Assembly: GCA_001179505.1 (NCBI GenBank)
Contig: CDMY01000401.1
Coordinates: 21,950 to 85,949 of the forward strand
Direction: 5' to 3'
Origin: Vitrella brassicaformis CCMP3155
Lineage: Eukaryota; Protista; Chromerida
DNA length: 64,000 nucleotides
A program made the position numbers and the translations under genes. A model generated the notes under the pieces. That model did no database searches, was not told the DNA's origin, and saw only the letters and a list, made by a program, of their open reading frames with translations. How positions within the stretch are numbered: position 1 is the first letter of the stretch; each line of letters starts with the position of its first letter. Positions 39,115-50,931 of the stretch are shown here, one piece after another.

Positions 39115-42100
39115 TCACGTCTCGCCCGCACCACCCAAGAACCTGCAACAAAGGCGCCCATCGGACACACAGCACAGCACGGCCAGAGACACGACGGTCG
39201 TCCCCCTTGTCGTGCCAGTTTGTGTGTGTTTCTGGCTTCTTACCCCAGTGCGCTCTAGAGCGCTTTGATCTCCGCCTGCCTCTTGGCTGACCGCTCCTCC
39301 CATGTCATGATGCAGCAGCAACACACATCACACCAACACGCAGAGAGAGAGACACATCGCTGCTGTCCATCTCTGCGTTCGTCAACTGAATGGCTGACCT
39401 CTGTCCTCGCACTGCAGCCGCAGGGCCTCCAGTGCCGCCGATGTGCTGTCGAATATTCCCCTCTCCTTGTCAAGCTCGTTGTCGGCCTTGATGATGGCCG
39501 AGGTGCACTCCTTGATCTCGTTGCGCCAATTGTCGATGTCCGTCTGGCGGCCGGCCATGTCTGCCAGCGTCTCCTTCCTGTACTCGACGAAATCTCTCTG
39601 CTCAGCTTCCTCCGCCTGCATATGGCGCACAGAGTCCTATCGTATGCAGTTTTTGTGGGTTCGTGCTGGCTGACGCGTTTGGTGTCTTTGTTTGTTTTGA
39701 TGAAGTTGTCTCGGATTGTCTCGAGCACTTCGATGACGCTCGAGCCAGCACCTTGGCTGCCTGAAGCACGAAGCACACAAAGGAGACATACATGTGTACG
39801 CAGCTGATGGTGACCCACCAACCAACCTGTGTATGGTTCGCTGAACAGGGACTTGCAGTGTGAGGCGTCGACGCTCATGCCAAGTTGAGCCAGCACACCG
39901 GCCTGCAGGCACACATCACATGCACAGGTACAGTCTTTCTTTGCTCGCAGACGTCTCTCTGTCAGTCACCTTTGCAGCTGTCTTGTAGAATTGGCTGAGC
40001 ACGTCCATGGCCTCGTGCACAGCGTCGGCAGCCTTCCTGGCGTCTGAACAAGGGAAACAAGAGAGAGAGTTGACGGACGTTCTCTTTTGGTGTGTGCATG
40101 CGACGATCGCATGTGACCAGCGATCGTGTTTGCGTTTGTGACTCGGCTCTGGTTGCGCAGGTCAGCCGCCACAACCAGCGAAGTCTGAAAGCATTCCGGC
40201 GGATTGCATCGAGACATGAATGTTGGGGGNNNNNNNNNNNNNNNNNNNNNNNNNNNNNNNNNNNNNNNNNNNNNNNNNNNNNNNNNNNNNNNNNNNNNNN
40301 NNNNNNNNNNNNNNNNNNNNNNNNNNNNNNNNNNNNNNNNNNNNNNNNNNNNNNNNNNNNNNNNNNNNNNNNNNNNNNNNNNNNNNNNNNNNNNNNNNNN
40401 NNNNNNNNNNNNNNNNNNNNNNNNNNNNNNNNNNNNNNNNNNNNNNNNNNNNNNNNNNNNNNNNNNNNNNNNNNNNNNNNNNNNNNNNNNNNNNNNNNNN
40501 NNNNNNNNNNNNNNNNNNNNNNNNNNNNNTGGCTGCCCTGACGTTGAGGTGGGCGACTTGGTTGACGTTGTCGCTGATCATCTGCTGCAGCTGACCTCTG
40601 CGAGCGGTCTTCTCGTCGATGCTACACACACGAACAAACGGTCAGACACGCTGCACGAGGTCGTGGTGCGGTGCTGGCTGTGGTGATGGGAGCCGTGGCT
40701 CGGCCTGCATACAGTGCCTGCAGCTTGTCCATGTTTTCCTTGGCGAGCTCCATGGCCTTGGTGTTGTCGGCGATGTTACTCTCGCAGTAGCCATTCTTCT
40801 CTGCCGCCTCGTTCGCTTGCTGCACACACAGAGAAGGCACAGCTTCCTCGTCTGTCTACGCAGGAGTCGGTACAGCACCTGCAGCATCTTCTGGATTAGG
40901 TCCTGGATGAGCTTCTTGACCTTGGCGAAGGGATCGCCGTCAATCCTAAACACGCAAACAGGGCAATGCATCCTTTAGTGTGTATCGTGTTCTCCCATCC
41001 ATCCCTCCCTGCCTCCCTCCCTCCCTCCCTCCCTCAATTCTCCTTTACTTGATGGCCAAGGAGTAGAGTGCGGTGCTGTTGAGCCGCTGCCCGGCGTGCA
41101 TCAGCATCGACACAGCCTGCAGCAAAGCGACAGACATGCAGCATATATCCACACAGGCGTGCAGTGCACCCCTTTCTCACCCTCTGTCTGTCATTTCCCG
41201 TCGACGGGCCTCTAGTTCTCAGCAGCCGCTGGATGAAGGAGACCATCCTGCCGCCTGCAGCACAGCATACAGACAGAGGGAGGGAAGCGACACAAGGCTT
41301 TCGCATCTCGAGTTGCCCACCCTACCCTTGGTGTGGTTGTGTCTCTGTATGAGTGTCTCGGTGTCAGTGATGGCCTCAACGCCGGTCGGCTGCTGCAAAG
41401 ATGCAGGCAAGTTGACGCGCTCCAGGTCCTATACACCGCACACATAACATAAAAGACATGAGGGTGAGGGGGACGAGGTGGCTCCGTTGTCGCCATTCAG
41501 CTCAGTCCCCTCACCTGCACGGTTCCCTGCAGGATCGCCAGAGCCTTGGCGATGGCCACCAACTCGTCAGCCCGTTACGTTGAAGGACAAGAACCAATAC
41601 GTCGAGACAGACAGGCAAAAGCCGAGTCGCCGCACTCACCTCATCTGTGTGCGCTGCTCCCAGTCCTTGCCTTTGTCCTCACACTCGACCGTCAGGCTCC
41701 GCAGAGACTCGGTGTCTGAGCAACCCACGGGGAAGACCGACCCCCTATATGACATATGATGCATGCGCGGCCGGCTGCATTCCCACCTTCATCGTGTGCC
41801 CGTTGCTCAGTGGCCAGGTTGCCTTTGGCGGTCTGCAGGTCACTCTCGGCAGTCGACTTTTCCTAGAGAGCATTCCATCGACGAGGAAGGTGACTAGGGG
41901 GCGTCGTGCCTTATCTGCCTCTCCCGTCATTCGCTTACTTGTGTTTTGGTCTGTGTGAGGCCCTGTTTCTCTGTGATCGAGCTCGTTAGCTCCGACTCGG
42001 CGCTGGTGAAGGTCTGCAGTACACACACATGGAAAGTGGCAGCAGGCAGGAATGATGAGCCAAGGAAAGACATGCAGTCGGCTGGCTGCTCGCACAGCTA

Positions 42101-43192
42101 TGTACCTGTTGATTTGTGATTTCCTCCTGCTCGAGTGCGTGTTTCCTCTCCTCAAATTTGTCCTGCAGACTTTTCTGAAGACAAGCATCCCCATTACGTT
42201 CACGGCTGCTTTCACCGATGTGCAAGTGCACCACGCGCGCATGGCCGTACCAGTGTGTCGAGCACGCTGTCCGATCGGAAGTCATAGTCGCCCTCACCCA
42301 GCCGACTCGAGTAGTCCGGCTCATACACCTACCGGCCGAAAACACGCAACCCGTTGCGTGTGTGTATCTGGAGTCCCTCCCTCTTGGTGGTACGACCTTT
42401 GCTGCTCGTGTGATGGTTTGCATGAGCGCTGCGGGCGGCTCGAAGGACTTAGACGTCTCAAGGCCGGCAAGGGCGCTCATTATCGAGTTGATGGCCGATG
42501 TCAGATCTGCAACGACACAATATATGACCGTGCAATACATGTATGGCTTCCTCTGACTTGTGCATACCGGCGTGAGCCTTGCCGTAGGTTTCATCCTCCT
42601 TGGTGCGATTCGCACGCAGATCGTCAAGCGTGGCGCTGTCCTGAAGAGAGAAATCGAACGGAGAGAAAGAAGGTGATGCGGTGCTGCAGAGAGCAAAGGA
42701 CGCCTACCGATGCAATTTGCTGGTTAAGGGCAACGATTTCCTGACCGAGCCGCTTGACCTCCGCCGTCTTGACCTCAATAGTCGACTGGTAGTTGTCAGT
42801 TCTGCAACCAATCACATCTGCTGAAGCGCACAGTGAGTCCTCAGTCTTACTGCTGGTCGGCGATGGCAGCCGTGTAGTTTGCGGTCTGCTCTTTGCAGAA
42901 GCAGGCATACTCCTCATACACAGCGGCCTCGCTCTTGCCCTCTGCCTTGACCTGACAATCGCCGACGCTCTCATGCTGCCAATGGGTATCTTTGCTTATC
43001 TGGCAGCTGACCTGATCCTGCAGGCCCTGCAGCAGCTGGACGACCTTCTGCACAGGCGTCACCGACGCCGTGCTGGCCTGCGACAAACGGGAGGGAAGAA
43101 GGACAGGACAGAAGATCTCTCATTCGTTGCCCAGATCTTACATTGCAAGACGAGAGGACGAGTGCAGCGACGGCAATATTGACGGCCTGCAT
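39115..43192 (-). CDS. Secreted two-domain coiled-coil protein of the alveolate PVQKV..LL / DPFxKVKxLI family (trichocyst-matrix-like); possibly pseudogenising
   Basis: Signal peptide MQAVNIAVAALVLSSCNA, then TPVQKVVQLLQGLQDQVKAEGKSEAAVYEEYACFCKE; SFIQ linker; second half DPFAKVKKLIQDLIQKML...GYCESN, VIEVLETIRDNF, WEERSAKRQAEIKAL. More than 20 exons; two non-canonical acceptors and an in-frame TAG; N-gap inside. Confidence 0.7.
40230..40529. other. Assembly gap (300 N)
   Basis: Run of N inside an intron of the coiled-coil gene. Confidence 1.
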
Positions 43193-43218
43193 CGGACCCG
43201 ACGGGGACTTTGTTTACA

Positions 43219-43232
43219 GCTGCGAGCTTAGC
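43219..43232. promoter_or_regulatory. GCTGCGAGCTTAGC in divergent spacer (coiled-coil gene / RCC1)
   Basis: The same 14-mer recurs at 48641-48654 in the Alba spacer. Confidence 0.55.
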
Positions 43233-43349
43233 TCAGAAAAGGCGGTGCTGCAGGGGCTGTTTTCCTGCGTCACTCGATCCGCCTGATCTCGTCTTCTCCA
43301 CTCTTCATCCCATACATCAGCAGCTCTAGCGGATCTGATCTATCCACCC

Positions 43350-45816
43350 ATGGGTCAGTCGGCAACCAAGTCAGGTGTGGTCGTATGGGGCTCTCCCGAG
43401 TACGGCCAGCTGGGAATCGGCAACCCGAACCCCACGGAGGACAAAGCCAGCCCTCCGCGGCTCGTCGAGGCCCTCAGAAACATCGCCGTGCGCAGCGTGG
43501 CCTGCGGCGGACACCACTCGGCCGCCGTGGGCGAGAGCGGCGAAGTCTACGTATGGGGTGGCGGCAGGAGGGGGCAGCTCGGCACGGGAGATACGAAAGA
43601 CGTCATCCTTCCCAAGGCCATCCGGTCTCTCCAGAGCAAGGCCATTCGGCAGGTGGCCTGTGGCGAGCATCACTCGGCTGCCGTCACGGAGAGCGGCGTG
43701 CTCTACACCTGGGGACTGCCACGCAACGGGCGGCTGGGCCACGGCAGAGAGGAGGGGGAGATGCTCCTGGTGCCCAAGGTTGTGGAGGCCCTTAGCGGCC
43801 AGCAAGTGGTGCAGGTGTCCTGTGGCGACTTCCACACGGCCTGCCTCGTCAATGCCACCGCCGCACAGCAGACCAGCGCAACAGCAGCAGCAGCCGGCGG
43901 CACCCCGCAGCCCACGTCAGTCTACACGTGGGGAATGGGCCTTTCTGGCCGCCTGGGGCACGGCGACGAAACCGACCGATATGTGCCGACGTCCGTGGAA
44001 GGCTTGGCGGTCGTGCAAGTGACGCAGGTGTGCTGTGGCGGCCACCACACCGCCGCTGTCACCGAGTCGGGGCAGATGTACACATGGGGCGGCGGCGCCT
44101 TCGGCAAGCTCGGGCACGGCTCACGGCTGGCGGTCATGACCCCGCGGGCTGTGGCCTTCTTCAGCGGCCCGGTGGGCGGCGGTCCCTCGTCGTCGATCCG
44201 CGGTCGTCGTGTGGTGCAGGCCTCCCTGGGGGCGCACCACAGTGCGGCCGTGACGAGCAAGGGGGAGGTGTTCACCTGGGGCCAGGCAGGGCGGCTCGGT
44301 CACGGTTGGGGGGCATCGGGGAGCACCAGTGGTGTGGGGACGGAGCAGGACGCCATGATGCCCAGGCAGGTGGCTGCGCTGGCGGGCATCTTTGTGGTCA
44401 TGGTGTCGTGTGGCCACTCGCAGACGGCGGTCGTGACTGAGACGGGCGACGTGTGGGCGTGGGGCACCACACGGGTGCTGGGGCATGCCGATCTTAGCGT
44501 GGCGCCCAACTCGCCGTCCTGCGTCAAAGCCCTCACAGGTAGGAAGGTAGCACCGCACCAACCACACCTGACTGATGTCTTTGGTCTGTTGGGTTTATTG
44601 TTTGGTTGTATGCCACCCATATGTGTGTGTGGTGTGTTGGTTCAGGCAAGGCGATCATCCAGGTGTGTTGCGGCTCCTCGCACACCATAGCGCTCTCGGA
44701 CTTCAAGCGCCTCGCATCCCGGCTCCCCCCAAACCTGCAGCCCCCCGCAGCACTCACAGCACCCACACACCAGCCATCGCCCCCAGCAGCCGGAGGAGGA
44801 ATAACAGCCCCGGGCGCCACCCTGCGCCCTCCCCCACCCGCTCCAGGCTCTTCCCTCTCCCTCTCGATGCCAACACGCCCCTCCTTCACGACTGACCAGA
44901 CCATCACGGAACCTTCGTCAATAGAGGTGGGGAGTGAGGGTGCCGCAGAGCCCGCGAGTGGCCCTGGGCTGCCTGGGTCGGTCGGCAAGACCCTGGAGAT
45001 GGGTCTGGGGGGGCTGGAGGCGGGGAGGGAGTTACCAACCACTGCGGCGGCGGCAGCGCAGCCGCAGCAGCCTCCTTCTGGCCTTCGACAGCTGGCGTAT
45101 CTGAGTGCGGAGCTCAAGGCATACCAGGACCAGACGATTCGGCTGGCCAAGGCGCTGCACGAGACCAACAGACGGGTAGGAGGGGATGGGGCGGAAAAGG
45201 CGGGCAGAAGCTAGATGCGTGTGTGTGTGTGTGTGTGTTTTCATCTTGTGTGGTTAGTTGGAGCAGTCCCAGGACGAGAACTCTCTTCTCAAGTCGGAGC
45301 TGCACGCACTGCGGCAGGTGGCTGAGGGGACGGATGGTCGACTCACACACGCAGCCAGCCAGCCGCATTAATTCCATGTGTGTGTCCTTCCTTCGTATGC
45401 ATGGATGGACCCAGACCAACACCGAGACAGCCGAGCAGATCGACGGCCTGCGGCAAAACTTCGTACAAAGGTAGTTATTTTATGCCCGCAGACAGACACA
45501 GGATCCCTCCCTCTGATTAGTTTGTTCATTTCGTCATCTGTGCACACACAGGATCCGCGAGATCGAGAGGCGTCACAGTGAGAAGGAGGCCAGGTGGAAG
45601 GCCACCTTCCAGCGACTCCGCTCCCAACTCGACAACACCTTCCAGCCTGGGTTAACCGACGACACTCACACACTCCCGCTCCCGGCAGCACCGCTGGTCG
45701 ACAGCCACACACACACTCATGGGGTTGAGGTGTCTGTGGCTGCTAGTGGGGGCGGGGCAAGTGGTTCTGGTGGTGGTGGTGTTGCTGCTGGAGGGGCGGA
45801 AGAGGCCCGCAGCTAG
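43350..45816 (+). CDS. RCC1-repeat (UVR8/RCC1-like propeller) protein with C-terminal coiled coil
   Basis: About seven repeats of VxxVxCGxxHxxAVxxxGxVYxWGxxxxGxLG in ORF 43350..44690. Tail LSAELKAYQDQTIRLAKAL...ENSLLKSELHALRQ. Probable stop at 45816. Confidence 0.9.
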
Positions 45817-47345
45817 CCGTAGAGGAGACTTTGACGGATGCCGTGTCTGTGTCTGTGTTTGGGTATGCGATGCGGGTGTTGTGTGGGTGTGTACAAGAAT
45901 GTGTAGACTGAGAGGAATGACAGAATGTCAGTGACTGACGAGAGAGAGAAAGAAAAGACATTACACCGATCGACCGACGGCATGGCATGCACCCATGAGT
46001 ATGACAGAGTCCTTGCGATAGAGTATCCAAGCATCAGCCATAAAAGTGACAGGTCACGGAAATTGTGTGTCGCATCCATCCATCCCATCAGCATCAGCAG
46101 CATCCAGCTCAAGCTCAGCGGTCTGCCTGCCACAAGCGCTACGGACACATACATAGAGATTAAACTAAGACACCGACACCGACACACACCCCCATCCACA
46201 GGCAAGGCTTAAAACAACACAGAGACAGAGAGAAAGAAGAGAGAACACCCCGTCAGTCAGTCAGTGCACCATCCAGAGACTGGCCGCAGCGCTTGTCGCC
46301 CACACACACTTTCGGCGTCTCCTTGCCCCCCTGGCCTCAGCCACAAGTCGTGAGGGCTCTTTGCAGTCCCTCCCGACAAGCTGCTGAGGCTCGAGGACGA
46401 GAAGACAGCCGAGGAAAGAGCGACACAGGCGGCATTCTGACTACTACAATACAATAACAGTCCATACGATCGAGCTCATGCAGTCCTTCGTTCGTTCGTT
46501 CGTTCGTTCATTCGTTGATGTCTGCAGGTCTGCTCTCTCCGCCACTGGTCCCGACAGCGTGGAATGCTTGGCTGGGGGCACTGTGACTTCACACAGCGCG
46601 GCCAGGCATCCCATGCTGCAGGTGCAAGGAGCAAAAAGGACAAAAACCAGACATCACAACCATCCAGGCTCTCTACGCAAAGGTGAGTGAGGATGGATAA
46701 TCGAATTGCTCATGTCTGTCTGTCTGTCAGTCTGTCTGTCTGTCCGCATCGTGTGTGTATATGATCAGGGAGGGAGGAGGGGAGAGATCAGCCAGCAGGG
46801 GCCAATCCGCACTCACCATTTGTCAAGTCACTCTCTCACTCTTCAGCGCAAACAACCACACCACACCACACCACACCACGCCACGCAACACACCGTTCAT
46901 TCGCCACGTTGCGTCATCCATCTGCACACACAGACACACACCCTCTCTACCCCCCACCCCACCCACTTCTCCCATATCAAGAATGCATCCACCCATCATC
47001 AGCAGTGATCGAATTAGGCACCAACATGCACCCCACCCCCTCCCCTCTCTCCCGCCATATACACGCACACAATCACTCACAATAGGCGAGAAGAAAACAC
47101 CGCACGCGACGCCCGTTATTGTTAAACAGTCAGCCCGTCAAGCCATTTGCAGTGGCCCGCCGTCTATTCTGTCTCATTCCATTCAGACTCCATCCGCCCC
47201 TCCCTCCTTTCTCTCTCTCCCACTCTCGCCTCTCCTCTCTCCTCTCCTCTCTCCTCTCCTCTCTCCTCTCTCCCTCCTTCGTTGCTCATGGTGTATGCGC
47301 GTGTGTATGCTATGCGTGTCTGTCTCATCGATCCATCCATATCAC

Positions 47346-47475
47346 TCACTGGTAGTGCTCGTCGCCCCCTCCCTCGTTGTGCTCGTTGCTGTACCCCCCT
47401 CCCCGCCCCCCACGGCCCCTCCCGCGACCCCGCCCTCGCCCGCGGAACCCGCGACCACGACCGCGACCGCGGCCT

Positions 47476-47510
<35 letters not shown>

Positions 47511-48527
47511 TTCCCACAGACATCGGCAGTGGATGTGTGTGATGTTCGCTGCCTGCCTGTCTGTCTGTCTGTGTGCCTGTGTGATCATGACTGACTGACC
47601 TTCCGCGCGTCATGCCCCCGTTGGGTACGCCGTTTGGCATGTGTCCGCCCTCGTCGCCGCCGTTGAGGAGCTCCCCCTCGTCATGGTGCTCGCCAGCCGG
47701 TGGGGGGCCGCGGTCGCCACGAGGACCACCACGACCTCTCCCTCGGCCTCTGCCGCGGCCACGACCTGACCGCCAACCACCACACCACACACAGACACTC
47801 GTGTGTGCAATACAGACAGTCAGGTCTACACAACATACGTGGGGGGTTCGACGCCCTGGCGAAGTCCATGGGCGTGAGCTCCTCGTCGGTGTCCTTGGGC
47901 AGCTGGTAGCCCGGCTCGTCCTTGTCGAAGACGTCGTCGAGCGACAGGGCGATCTCCACATAGGTCACGTGCCGCGTGTGGTAGACCGTGTCAAGGCCCT
48001 CCTCCAGCGGCGCGTACTCCTCCGTGATGGGCGTCAGACCGCACTTGGTCAGCTGGTGCAAACCTGCAGCCGAACCAACACCACACACACACACGCGTGT
48101 GAGAGCCGTTCCCGCCTCTTGTGTCTGTTGCGTACCCTTGACGCGCGACTTGCAGACCTCGGCGAGCATAACGGCACGGTCGATGGCATTCCCTGAACGA
48201 GCATCCACACACACACACACACCCAACACCGCCATGACCTGAAGCGTATGCACATCTCTCTCCGCCGCGCTGCCTACCGGTGGCCTTGATGGTGATCTGC
48301 TTCTTGTCCTGCTCCTCAAACAGTTTGAACGCGTACCTGCACCCACACCACACACACAGACAGACAGACAGATCACACACACCTGTCCGTCGTGACTCGT
48401 GTGTGTCGTGAGGCAGTGCACGCGCGCACGATGCATAGTTCTGGAGCCTGCCCGCGTTGGCGATGCGGATCTCGTCCTCGGGAGTCTCCTCTCTCGGCTT
48501 GCTGATCTTGCGGTACTTCTCCATCAC
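47346..48527 (-). CDS. Alba-domain (Rpp25-like branch) protein with RGG tail, paralogue A
   Basis: MEKYRKISKPREETPEDEIRIANAGRLQNY...QITIKATGNAIDRAVMLAEVCKSRVKGLHQLT...EEYAPLEEGL...PGYQLP, then RGRGRG repeats. Stop at 47346, which could instead be a GTGAGT donor. Confidence 0.9.
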
Positions 48528-48640
48528 ACCAAACGATGACAGATGGACAGATCAGCGACGCCGCCGACGAGAGGGCACAGCTGGCCACACAGTGAGAGCA
48601 AAACTGGGGGTGGTTGGAGGAAGTTGTTTTCTGACGATCC

Positions 48641-48659
48641 GCTGCGAGCTTAGCGAGCT
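48641..48659. promoter_or_regulatory. GCGAGCT x2 in divergent spacer between the Alba paralogues
   Basis: GCTGCGAGCTTAGCGAGCT between ATGs at 48527(-) and 48802(+). Confidence 0.6.
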
Positions 48660-48801
48660 ATTTTGCTTTGTGGAGAAAGGAGGTGTGGCATGTGCTGAGA
48701 GGCCTGGTGGTGCGAGCGGAGGCTGTGTGGGTTCGGTGCTGGTGGAGACAGGCGTGGAGTGCATCCGTCGTCTTGTGGAGGTGTGAGCTGCTGGCTGGTG
48801 C

Positions 48802-50931
48802 ATGAGCAAGGCGGAGGCGTCTGTGGAGCAGCCGGCAGCATTCATGGAGAAGTACAAGCGAGTCCAGAAGCCCAAGGTCCGTTCAGTCAGGCGGCAGAAG
48901 CTCAGACGGGAGCGAGGGAGGCGGGGAGGGAGGGAGACAAACGCATTACATTCACATCACGCACACGCAACACGGCGCGGCACCGCGTGGACGTGCCGGT
49001 GTGCCGTCGGATGGCTGGATGGATGGTCTGAACGGACTTCTGTCTGTGTGTCTGGGTGCATGTGTGTGTGTCGGTGTGCAGGAGCCTGTGGCCGAGGATG
49101 AAATCCGCATCACGTCGATGGGACGCGTGTAGGCAACTGACTGACACCCCCGACAGACACACGTCACGTCGGCACATGGACGGTCGCACCGCGNNNNNNN
49201 NNNNNNNNNNNNNNNNNNNNNNNNNNNNNNNNNNNNNNNNNNNNNNNNNNNNNNNNNNNNNNNNNNNNNNNNNNNNNNNNNNNNNNNNNNNNNNNNNNNN
49301 NNNNNNNNNNNNNNNNNNNNNNNNNNNNNNNNNNNNNNNNNNNNNNNNNNNNNNNNNNNNNNNNNNNNNNNNNNNNNNNNNNNNNNNNNNNNNNNNNNNN
49401 NNNNNNNNNNNNNNNNNNNNNNNNNNNNNNNNNNNNNNNNNNNNNNNNNNNNNNNNNNNNNNNNNNNNNNNNNNNNNNNNNNNNNNNNNNNNNCCCCCCC
49501 CCCCCCCCCCCCTCTCCCTCTGGCCCTCTGTGTGTTCAGCACCAACTACGTGACGTATGCGCTCAAGTTGCTGCAGGACCAGGGCAAGAAGTCCGTGACC
49601 ATCAAGGCCACCGGCACCGCCATCGACCGCGCCGTTCACGTGGCAGAGCTGCTCAAACGAAGATACGCAGGACTGCACCAAGGTGGGTCCAGTAGTGTGA
49701 GCCGTGCGAACCAACCATGGCCTTTCTTTCTGTGTCAATGTCGGTCTACTCGTGTGTGTGTGTTTGTGTGTGCTGTAGTGACCCGTTGTGGCAGCAAGGA
49801 GGTGACGGATGAGTTCGAGCCCGTCGAAGAGGGGCTGGAGCGCGTAAGCCGCATCGCATCACACACAAGAAAGGGGGTTTGGGTGAGGTGACATCATTGC
49901 ACTGCGTGGTCTGTCATGTCATCGAGCAGGTGACCAACACCCGGATCGTGTCGTCGATTGAGATCACCCTCACACAGGACATCACAATCATCGACGCAAA
50001 GGTAGGTAGCTAGACACGCACACAAGCACCACAAACGTCACCATATGTGTGTGTGTGTGTGTGTGTATGTGTGTGTGCCAGGACCCCGGCTACCAGGCGC
50101 CCCTGCCCGACGACATGGTCAAGCCCATGGACACCTTCAACGGCTACCGAGGTGCGTACGCTCCAAGTCCCCTTCACACAGACAGACAGACACACCGACA
50201 CACAGAGTCGCTTCAACTCTGTGTGTGTGGTCTCTGGTCTCTGTCTGTGTGTCAGGTGGTGGTTACCGTGGCCGCGGTGGCTTCGGCTACCGCGGTGGGT
50301 ACCGTGGACGGGGCGGATACGACGACGGCTACGGCCGCGGAGGCGGATACCGGGTAAGGCGACAAACCAACACAACAAACACACGCAACAGACAGACAGA
50401 CAGACAGGGACAGGCAGTCACTTCAGTCCGATCGTGTGGTCCATCCGTCCTCCATCTGTGTAGGGTCGCGGTCGCGGTTTCTACCGCGGCGGCTTCTACG
50501 ACAACTACGGCGGGGGCTATGCCAACGGCTATGGGGGCTACGGAGGATACGACGAGGGATACAACTACTACCGGTACGTAATGCAGTGAGGGTGAGAGTG
50601 ACCGCACTCCTTTGTGTCACACATGGATGAACCGATTTCGGTGTGTCTTGGGGTGTGTGTGTTTGCAGTGGTCGCGGCGGCTACCGCGGCCGCGGTGGGG
50701 GGTATGCCAACGGGTACGGTGGGGGCTACGGCGGGGGAGGCGGGGGCTACGACGACGGGGGATACAACTACTACCGGTGAGTATGCCCACTCCGTGGACA
50801 CAGCAACACACACACATATCATTGTGTGTGTGTGTGTGTGTGTGTTTGTCTGTGCGTGTTCCTTCAGGGGCCGCGGTCGCGGCGGCTACCGCGGCCGAGG
50901 GCGAGGCACCTACCAACAAGTGCAGGAGTAG
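48802..50931 (+). CDS. Alba-domain (Rpp25-like branch) protein with RGG/YGG tail, paralogue B
   Basis: MEKYKRVQKPK-EPVAEDEIRIT...VTIKATGTAIDRAVHVAELLKRRYAGLHQ...DEFEPVEEGL...DPGYQAP, then G/Y/R-rich exons. Stop at 50931. Confidence 0.9.
49194..49493. other. Assembly gap (300 N)
   Basis: Run of N in an Alba-B intron, next to a poly-C tract. Confidence 1.
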
